Source: Lobosporangium transversale
Taxonomy: Eukaryota
NCBI RefSeq assembly: GCF_002105155.1
Contig: NW_019029001.1
Span: 558,001 to 622,000, forward strand
Reading direction: 5' to 3'
Length of the DNA: 64,000 nucleotides
Of this stretch, positions 50,612 through 64,000 are shown one piece after another; positions within the stretch are counted from its first letter, which is position 1; each line of letters opens with the position of its first letter. The notes under the pieces were generated by a model. It had not been told where the DNA came from and did no database searches. It saw only the letters and a list, made by a program, of their open reading frames with translations. A program made the translations under genes and the position numbers.

Positions 50612-52097
50612 ATACTTGGTTATATGAGAACGGCACTTACAGTACTATCTTGCTCATTTAACCAATCTCTCCAAACCCATTCTTCCCGGTCCTGCCAGCC
50701 ATCCTGCTCTCGCCTTATCCCCATCCGCTTTTCGTTTTCAATTCTAGTCGTAATCTCCTCGCCAATTGCTCGTGCCATCCATGCAGCGCACTGCTCGTCA
50801 GAGGCAAAGAGTACCTTCACTTCAAACTCTAGTTCATTAACATCTGGGAGCTCATGCGGCAATGGAGGGGCTAGATAGTAGCCCTGGGGGCCTTGATGAT
50901 CCCATCTCCTCTGATAACCACAGCTATCATCATTATTCATAGCATTACTCTGTCTCCTTTGCCATCCACACCGGTTGTATGTGAATGGGAGCCATGCCAA
51001 CAACTTGTTCAATTGTACTGTAACTGGTCCTGGGTATGGGTCCACTCGGGTCATAATAGTTTCTTTCCCATTTAGTGCCGCTGCTGGGCTTGCCATCATA
51101 GTAAAAGCCGATGATCCACCTCTATCTATGTTTGTAATATAGGAGACTGGTAAACCATTACTTCTATCACAGGCTTTGATGCGATTGTTATTGTTTTCCT
51201 CTAGTATGAGCCACAATGCTTTGTATCTAGGTCCAATCCTGGCTATTGTTGCAACTAGCTCATTCAAGCCTGCATTAGGGTCTTGTGCAGTTGATTGACC
51301 AATCTCACGAAGTGGATACAGGATAATTGCTGTCTTTTCGTCCAGTATAATATCGGCCTCGATTCGGGTCGTGAGTCGGTTGGGTAACGTGTTTGGTAAA
51401 AAGGCCTATTCTTTCCAAACAACGAAGCGTATTTGTAAGGTTAATTTAGAGTAAACAGGGGACTTAGCATCTAGCCCGTCCACCTTTGCAAAAAGATATA
51501 TATATCTAGGCGCAGTCAAGAGAAAAAGAAAATAATCGAGTAGTTTACTCTCAAGTATTCTACATCCCGCTCCACCAACTGAATATTCGCACATTGAGGA
51601 TCAAACAGAGCACGAACAAGACGCGTGTTCTGTAGTAGACGGGTTGAACCAATGTATTTGTAGGTATCTGGCCTGGGAGGCAGCAAAGGGTCATATGAGC
51701 GGAAAGCATTGGCCTTGTTGTCTCTTGATGAAATAATATTCTCTTTTATATCCTCCTGGAGCAGGGCTCTTGATCCGATTTTAGACACAGAAGGACGTAC
51801 GCCGTTGTATGGCAACGATGATGATGATTTGGATGTCGATGGTGATGTCTGAGATGAGGCTGCTGCCGTTGCTATTGATGGCAGTATCTTTTCTGATTTA
51901 TTCAAAGGTCGGTACTGTTTTGAGCTTAGCATGCAGGGTGGTGGCGTCAATGACTGAGGATATTTTCCCAGCTTATGAAGAGCTCTAAACCTGTCTACTG
52001 CAGAAGAAGGTAGAAACTGTGGTTGAGTACTAGGGGACGACGCTAAGGGGTCGTAACGGTTTAAAGGCGATTGTCGCTTCTCTACTTTGCGTAACAT
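50277..52097 (-). CDS. SHOC1/Zip2-like XPF-fold + HhH protein, 4 exons
   Basis: Spliced: IQLVERDVEYLR...EADIILDEKTAIILY...RYKALWLILE...VKVLFASDEQCAAWMAR...WLNEQDSTHERFLTSFQLFNPFSIQLILSLCSLKEFIAMEHKER...KIFNKAITTPLN*. Family call from recalled motifs. Confidence 0.65.
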
Positions 52098-52270
52098 TAC
52101 AATATGATCAAAAGAAAGTAAACCAAAGGAAAGAAAAAGAAAAGGTAAGGAAGAATAGAACAGTAGAAAAAATTCTATTATCAAAATTTATTGAATTTAG
52201 TGGTATCAGTATAATATCTGTCTTTGGTATTATAGGATCTGTACCATTAAGCCAATGCCTAAGGGCTTAA

Positions 52271-53637
52271 TTATGAGACAGCAACAGGAACTCGAGCGCT
52301 TGGAGGGTTGTTGCCGGACCCATTGTAGCCCTGCACTCTAGCTACGACATTGTTGTCCAACAAAGGCTCCCTTTCTGAGCTCTCAAAGTCACTATAGCCG
52401 TGGCTCTTAGCCTGGTAATGATAATAGATACACATCACCAGCAATATTCCCTGCAAGCAGCCCGTTACAGCATAAACAATCCACGTTGTCCAATTGGTAC
52501 CTGGCCTGAGCGCCAGCGACAATGTCAAAAGAGCTGCTCCTGGTGTCTGCATCATCATCATAGGAATACTCAGTGCTCCAACTGACTTGCGCTTATATGT
52601 TCTGTGGATCTGAGGCATATATTGAATCACAGCCAAAACAACACTCGTAATACCCAAGAAACCAGCCCAGCCTGAAGTCCAATGATTTTCAGGGCCTCCA
52701 ATAAAGACTAATAGGCCTATCGTGACAAATGTGCAAACAACCAAGTGAATTGTTACCACATGAGCAATGAGAAGCGACAGTTTCCACTCTTCACTCCGTG
52801 CAGGTAAAAACGAGTAGTGACGAATATGCTGCTGGTCTCTCTCGGCCTCGATCTTATAACTGGGGTAATAAATGAGATACAAGACAAAACTATAGGTGGA
52901 AAAAGATTTAACACAAGTTAATATGTCGAGATCTTTGCTTATTATTTCTCATCTCCTATTTTACATCTCCTGATCTTCTCATCTCTCTGACTTCTTGATC
53001 TCTTTTTCTCTACTTTCTCTCCGAATCTTCAGCTATATAATACATCACGTTTATGCGCCTCCTTACACTAATCCGAACATCACGAACTGGATTCCGAGTT
53101 GGGCAATGCCAAGAGTACTTTCTAGACACGGTCCCAGATCCTGTCAAAGGACAATATACAGAAATTAATACTTATTCTTGTGCCAAATAGTTTGCAATAA
53201 CCTGCTTTTAATAATTAAGGATAGATGGCTTACAAGGATTTTGCAGCATAAAATAACCTTCCACTGCAGAATAACGATGTTCAGGAAGGTAGAACTAGCA
53301 GAAACAGTGCCAAGAAGCAAGAACCATGGACTAATTCCTTCACTGGTGCCCTTGTGAATGATACGAATGTGCTATTGAGATGAAAACGTTAGAAAACAAT
53401 ATAAGTTAATGGACTGGTTTTATAGAACCATATGGTAACTAAATGAAAGAAGGCTTACACCTTGACATTATAAAATTTATAATATATATGAGTAAACACC
53501 TGGGGTAGGTAAGATACGACCATGCCAACAAGGATAAACAAGGATAAGGCCAGCTTAAAACTGTCGTGGTCATGGATGCACTGAGGGCCTTCTGGCTCTG
53601 AAGAGTCTGGGCTCGCTAAGTACGAAGTAAGCCTCAT
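52271..53637 (-). CDS. PQ-loop repeat membrane protein, multi-exon
   Basis: Two PQ motifs (VSYLPQ, IQYMPQI), GISPWFLLLG, SVGALSIPMM, acidic dileucine EREPLL. Confidence 0.9.
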
Positions 53638-54099
53638 GGTAAATGCCGGTAGAAAAGAAAGTCTAAATGAAGCGAATTGATGTGGGAAGAATAAATGGCA
53701 AAAAAGAAAAAGTGGAAAGCTCGCGTATGTCTATCAATATTTTAGGCTCTCTGACCACCCATGTGTGCAGTGTTGCACTACACTATGTGTGAGCCTAAAT
53801 CACGTGCATTACAGTGTGATAGACACCAGTCACGTTTTTCCTTGATGGAGGAATAAGTCTGCGGGTTGCGCTTACTTTTATTATACCTCTTGATAACACT
53901 ATCAATGTCTCATCCTTGAGACCTTTGCTTTTAGCACTTTCCTTCGTAACGACTAATCCCATCATTTATAATAAGCTAATAAGCCGTCTACATGTATTTT
54001 GACGCGCTAAAGTTCGTTCACGTTTGAAAAATTCAATTCATCTCAGCCATCTTTACATCCTCCCTCTACCAGTCACATCAGTTCATTCCTTTTCAAACC

Positions 54100-56346
54100 A
54101 TGCCACCAAGAAATAATGCCTCTAATGTGGCCAGCTACGCCGATAATGATCAATATGATAGCCTGACTAATCCTAAGACCACCATCACTCTCAGAGCTAA
54201 GAAAAGAAAGAATTTAGAGAAAAACGACAGTGATGACGATTCAGATTTCGACCATACCCATCGACAGCACAGATTACCTCAATATTCTCGTCCATCGAAA
54301 TTGAAAAACGAACAGTCTCAGCAAAAACAGCGTACCTCACCGCCGCTCGCGTTAAATAAGAACAATGAGTCTGCTAAAGGCCAAGAAACATGGAGGGCAG
54401 AATCATCAAAATCGGTGTGTTGTGAGAGAACTTTGAAGTTGCTTTTAATCACTCATTCATTCAAGATTAGTTGACAATTCCTTTACTAACAATTTAATCT
54501 TCACAAACCGACCATCACCAATAGAAGCGGACGAAACGATGTAGGGACTTTTTTTTTTGGTACTTATTTTCAATCAAGAATATCAACTGCTTTTCATGAA
54601 TAGATGAATCTAATATTTCTTATACATGATATAATATTCAACAGTTACAGAGGAGGATCGAGGATTCGTGTTTACTAGGAAGAAGCCAATCACAACAACT
54701 ACGGTTGAGAGTACACCCTTAACAGCAACTCTACGGCCACCATTATCATCAAGAAACAAACAGGATGTAGATAATTCCCACGACGTTGATAATCCGCTTT
54801 TAGCAACGCCAAACCCACCAATGACGCCAGAAGGGACACCTTCGCGGGACAGAATATATGATGTTCAAGCAGTACGAGTCAAAAAGACGTCAAAACCCAC
54901 AACAACGAGGCAATACCAGCACCAGTCGCGGCGGCAGCAGCAAGGCTACCAACAAAATCCACAAACTCCACAGAGGAATCACGAATCGATTGTGGCCATC
55001 CCAATGCGAGAAACCCCCATGATTAAGCGGAATAAAGACATGAGGAATGATGCAAGTCGGCGATCGAGCTTTACTTTAAGAGGAAAGAGGGCTTCATCAA
55101 TTGGAAATGGTTTTAGTGGTATGAAAAAGTTTTTTTTAAGGAAAAAAAAAAAAAAAAAAAAAAAAATTAAAGACGACTGATCAATTGCTCTTTTTTTATG
55201 TTCTTAATCCTCAACTTTCGTTTTTAACCCATATCAATAGCGTTGCCCCATCCATCTATTGATCCAAAAAATTTCTTCCGTCATATTGCACCGGACGATC
55301 CACAGCCAATACGGATGAAGCAACTTATGACATGGTGCGCACGCAAAACTATTGATTTACAAAAGACCCATCATCAATCCGCACTCAAGGTCGCGAAAGG
55401 AGTTGAAGAAGATGTATTGGAGATGTTGATTGCGGGACAAATCAGTGTATCATGGTATAATCGACCTGCGGATGCAGCACCGATTCAAACGGTACCTAAA
55501 AAGCCCCACCAACAAAACGTTGATAATCTCCGGAAACTGCAGGAATGTGAGGCACAAATTGCAAAACTTCAGCAAGAGGACGAGGAGTGGACACAACTCA
55601 TTAGCTCCTTCAACACATTTCATGCATCGTTGCTGGATAATGGTCCCACATTACCACCAGATAATCAGCCTATTGTTGCTGGTGATAGATTCGCGAATGA
55701 GATTGACATAGGGATGTTAACCGCAGACGAGCGGAGCTTGTGGGAGAAGTATTGCAAGGATAAGGACTCAATGTCAATGCCAGAATCAGCATCTGGGGGA
55801 GTACAAGACACTGCAGTAGAAAATATTCAAAAATCTACCAACGAGAATAACAAATGGATGATAGAGATAATGGGCTCAGTTGAAAAAGAGGTAAATCATT
55901 TTGCGACACTGTTTTTGCTGAGTAATTACCTTACATTCATCAAGAAGTCCTTCTTGTGGAATAAAGACTTTTTTTTTTTTTTTTTTTTTTTTTCCTTACA
56001 TGTCTAACATTCCTAGGTGGATACCCTTCAGGATACCTTATATACAGCCTCACAATTCGATAAGGTTGCAAAAAAATACGCCGATCAGGTTTTAGAACAG
56101 ATCGCAATGGCTTTGGATGAGCGGCAACGGCCGACGGAAACTTTAGCATTGTTGCCAGCATTAACGTCGAGGCCACTAATGTTGGATCTTTTTTCTGGAA
56201 AAAAAGCGGCATCAACATTGTCAGAAGCACTAGGCGCTAACTCTTCCTCTGTGACGACCTCATTACTGAAGACGCAGAGTATAGGTGGTGATAGTCCAGA
56301 CGATCCCCGGCAAATTTTGCGTGCACTTTCACGGCTTAGTCTATGA
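54100..56346 (+). CDS. Kinetochore MIND/Mis12 complex subunit Dsn1/Mis13, multi-exon incl. 16-nt microexon
   Basis: GFVFTR, ETPMIKRNKDMR, RRSSFTLRGKRASSIGNG, LPHPSIDPKNFFRHI, PIRMKQLMTWCA, ISVSWYNR, KKPHQQNVDN, DPRQILRALSR match fungal Mis13/Dsn1. Confidence 0.88.
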
Positions 56347-56360
56347 AGCAGTGGCAGAAT

Positions 56361-56399
<39 letters not shown>

Positions 56400-57494
56400 C
56401 AACCGTGCACAAAATTGATGTGAGGAATGTCTATTGTTACACAAGTTTTTTAAACATTGGCTTTGTCAGTCAAACTGTTCGCTGTTCCATGAATGTATGC
56501 TTTCTATACACGAACCATGACTGAGTAATGTCTATCAAATAATTATAAAAAAAAAATAAAAAAAAAAAAGCGGAACATTCATGTTTTCAAGATCCTCAAC
56601 AACGGTTCTAGTTAACATGGTGTTTATGAAGATGGAAACACATCTGTGCCTTTTTTTCTTTTTGCTATTGTTGTAAATCCAATTTTACTGATAGTTTAAT
56701 TTACCTCTGTCCAGCGATCACTCGAGACGAGTTATGGATATCCTTTCTCTTACTTTCGCCTACCCAGTCTTTCTACGTTTTTTTTTTTTTTTTTGTCATG
56801 TTAACGGAGTAAAAATTTTGCTTTATATTTTATTTCCCGCCTTTTTCATGATATCTATACATTATATTGCTGTTATTAAAAGTGATTTCTCAGGACGCTA
56901 CGCACGCACGTAAAAAAAAAAAAAAAATCACCTCTACTGCGGTACTCAGATGTTGCTTACATGATCTTTACAGCCCATCTATTAAACTAAAGAGACACAT
57001 CTTTCAGATCTGCATCTAAAAAAAAATAAAACCCTTTCAACCTCCACACAAAGATCCTTTGTGGAAGAATTAACCGTCAATCAAGCTTAATAATGAGAAC
57101 CAGCACTGATTACTAAGGATAAAACACTTGGCAGGAAGCCAACATACATGCACTTTATGCTAATAACATTATACTCCATGCTGATGAATGTTTTTATTAT
57201 TGTTGCGTTTGTTGGCGAGAAATAAATAGAGTGAATCGATGAGTAAACAAAACAAAGGAAAAAAAAAAAAAAAAAAAAAAAAACTAGCCTCTCTTTATCC
57301 AGTGTCGAATGCTTCGAATAATGGATGACGGATGCTGAGGAACCTATCTACTGCTCCTATGCTTAAGTAGTAAAGGAAATATATGTATATATATAAAAGA
57401 AAAGAAGGAAAGACAAGCTGGTGTTTTCAGAATGAAATGGATACATGCTGGGGAGGTTTTTTTTTTTTTTCCGAGTCGATCCCTTCGTACGTGT

Positions 57495-57911
57495 CTAGTT
57501 ATGGTGGTCATCAGCAAACCGAAGACCAAAGTTGATTACAATAGCAGCCAAGATGAAGACACAGAGAACTGTAGGTCCGAAACGGTCATCATAAGGACCA
57601 GGTAGTCTTTTACGGATCCTGTCTGCTCTCCAGTGGAAGGTTGCCAGTGCATAAACCATGACAAGTAGAGCTACCAATGTAAAGATGCCTGCTGCGATGC
57701 GACCGATCCTGTCACCAAAATTCAATAGGCCAATAGCGAGAGATCCGAGCAAGACTGTGAAGTTGAGCCACGACAAGAAGGTGCGCTCGTTAGCAAAAAA
57801 GACCTTTGGTTCCACACGGACAGGAAGAGCAATACGTTTGCCGGGAGTGGCCTGCAGCAATGGCTGCGAGGAGGAGGTGGGCATGGTCGTTGAGTGAATG
57901 TGTCCTGACAT
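57495..57911 (-). CDS. VTC1: Vacuolar transporter chaperone 1 (polyphosphate VTC complex)
   Basis: [51 protein letters not shown]; start may be the second ATG (57884). Confidence 0.95.
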   Translation of the reverse strand: MSGHIHSTTMPTSSSQPLLQATPGKRIALPVRVEPKVFFANERTFLSWLNFTVLLGSLAIGLLNFGDRIGRIAAGIFTLVALLVMVYALATFHWRADRIRKRLPGPYDDRFGPTVLCVFILAAIVINFGLRFADDHHN

Positions 57912-58027
57912 AGCTGGCTATGTGTTATTATTTAGAGGTTGAGAGAAGAGTGGAGTGGGGGTATCGATTGCGTTTCGTTGTTCGTAAAATATTCTTTATC
58001 CCCAAGTCAAGGCTATTTTCTCATGAG

Positions 58028-58060
<33 letters not shown>

Positions 58061-59576
58061 GTTAATGCTGAAATTTTTTTCCTGCGCTTTCTCTCCATCA
58101 CATCCTCAGAATTGATCATGGAATATAAAAAAAAAAAAAAAAGCAGATCACCTTACAGAATGAGTAAGCAAGGAGAATAAAATGTGTGAGAAAGAGGGAA
58201 AGAGGGTAAGACAAAGAATGAGAAGAATGAGAAATGAATAAGTGTGTAATGAGAGTAAGAGGGTAAGAGGAAAAGAGAAGAGAAAAAAAGATTTTTTTTT
58301 TACACACAAATATCCATCTGCATCTTAACCATTACAGACAAGCAAAGTGATCCTTTAGCAAACGTGATAAACTATCAAGTAATAGAGAATCCCAATTGAT
58401 TTTCATTCATCCATAAACATAAAGCTTATATATAACATGTACATGCTTGGATATGTAGACATTGTATGTCTCAAACGAATGTGTTCATAATTGCTGATCA
58501 TTTTTGTTTGCTTGTCATCTGACTGACATTCAAAAAACGCTCTTGTCAACAAATTTCTGCCCTCATTCATTTGACTGGCTGGATCTGAACAAAAAGTCAA
58601 GTCCTCTAATCGCCCTCATCCGAGATCACGTTCTGAGAGAATGCTCTTTCATAGGCTAACTGCAGTCTAAGCAAATTCATTTATCAGCAATTGAAAAACA
58701 CAAAAATCCATCTCTCATCAACGTTTCTTTAAAAGACTGCGAAAAGTTTAAACCAACGCCCACATCTCCAACTTCAGTTTGTTTTGAGCAAGTGTCTGAT
58801 AAGCATGGCTCTATTGGCTAGGACATTGGGACATCTTCAACCTTATTCCCCTATGCTATTGCTTGCTCAGTTCAAACTGCTCCAGCTTCAACTCAGCCTT
58901 TTAGGGCCTTGGCCGGTGCATTTTTGTTTATTCATCTCCACTACCTCCTTTTAATCTCAAGATCTTTAGTATCACAAATATCACGCATCTATTCATTCCT
59001 CTTTTAACACTCTACTGTATGTGTACATTACACATACCAACTTCGCTCCATCCTAAATAACGCACCTTCTCAACATCGTCTTCCATTTCGGATCTGATTT
59101 ATGCTTAGGATAAATTCAACAGGCAACGAGGAAAAAAAAAAAAAAAAGAATAAACAAGATGGAAAAAATCTCGTACTCAATATACTTGACCTTATTATAC
59201 AGGATGAAGAGCATTGGGCCAGCTCTCATTAATAGTTGTCACATCCCCTCTTTCCCTAAATCAGATGCTTCCGTGCTGGTGCCAAAAAAAGGAAGCACAT
59301 AACAACTCATAGGACCTTAATTCAGACATGAACCCATAACACAATTTGACTATCAAATATGGATTTTGTTCGTATAGTTACAGATAGATAGAAATAGTTT
59401 AATTATACTGTACAAATTATAGCTAGTAAAAAAAAAAAAAAAAAAAAAAACTAGATAGTGTGAAAGGTGTCTTAATAAATTATAAAAAATTATATATATG
59501 AATGAAGATCGGCTGAAGAAAGTACATGGGATACTATATCTGTCCATATTAGTTTTCAGTTTTTAAGAATATTAAA

Positions 59577-62071
59577 TTAGAGAGAATGTACATCGGGCAG
59601 ACCATTCTGTTTGGTAATAAGATAAAGAAAAGAAAAATATCTGTCAGCCTTTGTCATCAAAGTATGTTTAGATAGTCGTGCATGGCACAAAAAAAAAACT
59701 TACAAAGGGCTGTCTCCATCCACACTGGAATTCATCCTCGTCATAGCCATCCCTGCTGGATGAAGAGTTATAGCCAAGATGTCTTTGAAGTAGCGTCTTG
59801 CTTGTCACAATGGTTCCAGCACAGCTCGAGCAAAAGTCATGTTCACCCAGCATACAGTTCTGAAGCGTGATATCTGGTGGAGGAGGTAACATTCCATTGG
59901 CAAAGACCTGCATATCATTCTCGAGGATGAACGATGCTGTCAAGGCCACTGATCGTTTAAAGATTAACCCACTACCTCCAGTGCCAACAAACACGCCACA
60001 GTGGTCCTGGACTTGTCGATTAGCAGCATAAATCGTATTTAGCATCTCTTGCCATCCACCCTCACAAAAAGGGAAATCGTCCTCCATAATACCTAAATAG
60101 ACAGATTCCTCCATAGTTCCGATCTTGCGAATTGCACTCAAGAGATGCAATCGATGATTCTTTTCGAAACCCGCCTCCCGCATCCACTTGACATGCTTAC
60201 GCGCCTTGGGGATTTTATCAAAGTATGCGTTGGCCTCATCATAGGCTGGGAAGTCTGAGAAATGAGTATAAACCACAATCTGAATTCTAGAATACAAAGG
60301 ATCTACTTCCTCATCTGGGAAATTGTTGAGGTAAGAGGTGAGAGTTTCTTTGATATATGCAGCTCCCTGTTTCCTGGGCGCAGTCATCAGAATGAGTGTC
60401 AAAAGATAAGGCGTCTGTGGCTCGATGCTGCTGTTGAGGATAGCATTGGGTACATCAGGCTGGAAGGTGTGAATCTGATTGCTGCTGATAAGGATTAAGA
60501 GTCCAATGAGAAAAGTTGGAATCACATGTGCCAGAGCGATCCAGCAAGAGACCCCAGCCTTCTTCTCTCTGAATGGGGCGGCACTCTCTCCTGCCAAAGT
60601 AGAATCTGAAAATGCTTCGTCATCTTCTAAAATGTTCTCAAAAACTTCTGCCTCCCAAAATTGCTTTTCCGCTGCTGAAGCTTTCACTTTGCCTCCCCAT
60701 CGACCTCTCTGGCGCTGAAACCAAATGATCATGGCACTGAAAAATCCAACAACCATGCCTGTTCCAGCCCACCATACAATAGTCTTGGGCACAACATTGA
60801 TCAAGCATAAAAATAATTGAATGTGCGAGCGACGCAAGTTCCAAAGCGACGTTGGCTTTTCATTTGAGATGGGAAACAACGCCTGAATAATAAGCAGAGC
60901 AAAGAGATATGGTGCGAGTCCTAGATATAAATTAAGTACAAACGGACAAGGATTAGTGTGGAGCAAGCTAATGACATTCTGTAATGTGAAGTCCCTTCAT
61001 TATTGCCCAGATTGATGATAAAACTAAATATATGCTAAAGTTGTGGCGTGTTGTCGATAGTTTTGATATAAGCCCCATCACTTGGATGTTTTGCCCTAGA
61101 CATAATGATGCACTCAGATCCTTAGCGTTTTCCAGGAAACTATGTCAAATGTTGTCCTCTTCACTTCGAGTAAGGAAGAACAAAGTCTCTCTCTTTTTAC
61201 GTTTTGAGGATCCGTCCGTAATCAACATTTTTTTTTTTTTTTACTTACCAAGATTGCATTCATACATGCTGTCACTGAAAAACAATACTGGAATAGCCCA
61301 TCCTGTCGACCGTGAAAAGATGAAGCCTGAGAGCTGTCGAAAGGCCATAGTCAAAACCATAATGATCACAAAGAGATTACGAAAAATTCTCGAGCCATCT
61401 CCGTTGAAAATCGATGTCAGATGGTCCTCAAAGATCGCCAGCGAAAGGATATTGGATACCGCAAGGACAAGTGACGATACTAGATTAAGTTGAGCCCCAA
61501 TCAGAATAGAAGGGGCCAATGGCACCACAAACGGAGAGGCTAGGAGTGAGAGATACTCGCGAGAGTGAATTACATGTGTAGGTGCAGTGCAATGCTCTGG
61601 GAATTTCCCTCCGAGTGCCACCGCTGATATGATGAAGGTTAGAACCAAAACCATTCTGGTCACAGGCTGTGTAAGGAGTGAGAGTAATGATACGCTCGTG
61701 CTTTGGGGTGGAGCAGTATTAACATTGGGAAAGTAAGATGAAGATGAAGATGATGGCGTAAGGTTGTTTGGTGTACCAACGTTGATCACAGTACTAACGG
61801 GTGGTGTTGAAGGTGCAGAGGAAACGAACGTCTTCAACTGGTATGCTGTAGGAGATGGGGGAGGCGATGGCACATTAATTGTGATTCCTGCATTCATGGA
61901 TGCTGGAGAGGCTGGACGAGACCCAGGCACAGAGGATATTGAGGAGGCATAGGAAGAGTAGGCAGAATTGGATGAGTGAGGGTTAAGGTGATTTGGGGAC
62001 AAGGCGGAATGGAGCTGCTGGCTGAAATTGCGCTGCTGCGACAATGAAGATGACGAGGAAGGAACAACCAT
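59577..62071 (-). CDS. Multi-TM membrane domain fused to GT-A glycosyltransferase (GT54/MGAT4-like) domain, 3 exons
   Basis: Introns 60921-61248 and ~59607-59703 join frames; C-term LILMTAPR..YIKETLTSYL, YLGIMEDDFPFC, VFVGTGGSGLIF, LQRHLG; N-term several hydrophobic helices. Confidence 0.75.
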
Positions 62072-64000
62072 TGAATAGGTTGTATAATCCGGATCGACGG
62101 ACTAGGCAAAATCAGGAGATTCTATTGGGAGGCAATAAGAAAGAACGTTGTGTTAGCGGTGCTGGTTATTGTTTAGTAAGTAATGAACGATGGAGAAAGT
62201 GCTGATGAGATAGCATGCTGCCAAATGCCGACCTGGATCGTGCACACGCGCTAGTCCCTTCTGTTGCTTTTTTTTTTTTTTTTCTTAATCCACAGGCTAC
62301 AACATGAGCAAACAAACTCGCTGCATGTAAACCTCGTTTTATTTTTATTTTTTTACGCTGTATTCTCCTTTGCTGCTGATGGCGTCAAGATCAACAAGTC
62401 GACCACACTTGGATAGGGCACTCTTAATTGTAAGGCCAAGGAGAAGATTAAAAAAAGAGGGGGGAAGGAGGAGACGGGCAGAAGAAAGAGTGATTGAGAA
62501 AATGAGCGGACCAGGAGGACTTTTTTCTGCAAGTGTCACTGGTGTCTGCAAGGAGACATTTTTCCCACTTCTGACCCCTGGCAGTTTTTTTTGTAATGTT
62601 GGTCCCAATTGATGCTACTATTCCTATTATTGTTATTATTGCTGTTGTTGCTGTTGTTGCTGTTGTTATTGGTTACTATTGTTGGACTGTACCTCTGTTC
62701 AAAAAAAGGATGCCAGAACAAAAAAAAAAAAAAAGCGGAATGAGATGCAGATGCTATAGTAGTGAGATGACAATGAGAGCAGAAAATATGAAACAAAAAA
62801 AAAGGTCGTAACAAAGGAAAATGACACTTAAGAACAAGAAAATAAAGTAAAATAGAAACACATCGGTAAGGAGGATGAGTAAAGAAAAAAAAAAAGAAAG
62901 AGTGTAAAGAACAAGAAAAAAAGAGAGAAAGAAAAAGAAAAAGAGTCAGTCTTCTAATCCGCACCTGCTTGGCTATGTCTACAACAGTCTAAAAAGTATA
63001 TGTGAATAGGGGGGATCCGCAGAAAAAAAGACAAAAAAAAAATTGGAGTTCTATTCTTACAGAACCATAACTGTCTTTTACTTTTTTACAGCAATAAACA
63101 AAACAAAACAAACAAACAAACAAACACAACGGTTCTCTCTCTCTCTATAGTCGACAGCTACACTCTTTGTACGCTCTACTTTCGGTCGTGTCAAGGAAAT
63201 TCAGTACACTTTTTGCATGTGGTTAGAAGTGCTCTCTTTTTTCTTTTACAATCTGTATGCCGTGCGACATTGACTGACATTTACACACCATCCACTCTCC
63301 CCTTCCTGGCGATTGCAAGGTTGCAAGCGCCAACTATAACCTTCTTCCAATCATATTAAACCTTCTAGCTCCCAGGCGCCAGCGATATACATGTACCTCT
63401 GACTGCAGTCTACATGGCATCATTGTTATAAAGAAGTGAGCACATTTGGTGATCCAAAACGTGGCCAATGTCGTGCAAGAATATCCAGCTTTCTCTTGCG
63501 TTATGAATCTTTAATCCTCCTAGAGCAACCTAGACATATCTTAGACACAAAGAGTGTAGCACAGTTTGACAAAGAAAGGGAACCATCCCCCAACACTCGT
63601 ATACGCTCGATCATCAGCATTTATTCTTGAAAATCTGAGATGGAGGAAACAACGTTTGAGACGGTTACCTTTTCTCCTTTCTTCTTTTCTTGTTTCTTCT
63701 AACAAGCAAGTGTTCTAAATTCACTTTCAACGTGGCCCGTATCTACACCACGTTTAGCTTACTGTCCTTTGAAGGCTCGTCCCTTGGACGAAAACAACTT
63801 TTCTACTTGTGCAGTACAGCAGCAAGGAACATGTTTGGATTAAAAGATCGGTTGGAACTTGGAAGTGGTTCCTACCTAGAACAGTCAGCCAGTGAATATT
63901 CATTTTACGAAATGGTTGGTTAGACTTCATCGCCTTGGAAGTAATCAACATGAGAGCCCTAATCTGGGATAAAAACTGAAAAAAATAAGGCTTAAATGTG

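Noticed and set aside
63436..63951. Short ORFs at the window end
   Set aside because: No recognisable motif; frames interrupted; cannot support a gene.

Overview
Eukaryotic, intron-rich, gene-dense fungal DNA. Long poly-A/T tracts in introns, the gene content and the repeat families suggest an early-diverging fungus such as Mortierellaceae (inference). About 21 protein-coding genes are supported: two divergent alpha-tubulins, MDM10, seipin, VMA2, an ACOT13/PaaI thioesterase missed by the ORF track, SCL1, a PPE1-like esterase, a CxxC-less thioredoxin, a ZIP transporter, ARB1/ABCF2, an F-box/LRR protein, a mitochondrial carrier, PXR1, CTR9, an ankyrin-UBA protein, an orphan ORF, a SHOC1/Zip2-like protein, a PQ-loop protein, DSN1/Mis13, VTC1 and a membrane-domain plus GT54-like glycosyltransferase. 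The most notable non-obvious element is a decayed Fanzor/TnpB-like RNA-guided nuclease gene (~17275-18606), readable only across frameshifts, with TDG, RuvC D-E-D and zinc-finger motifs and a probable intron. Also present: a pogo/Tigger transposase relic, a MITE/foldback-like inverted repeat, structured hairpins in two introns, a GC-AG intron and a 16-nt microexon. All calls come from manual translation and motif recall; no searches were run.
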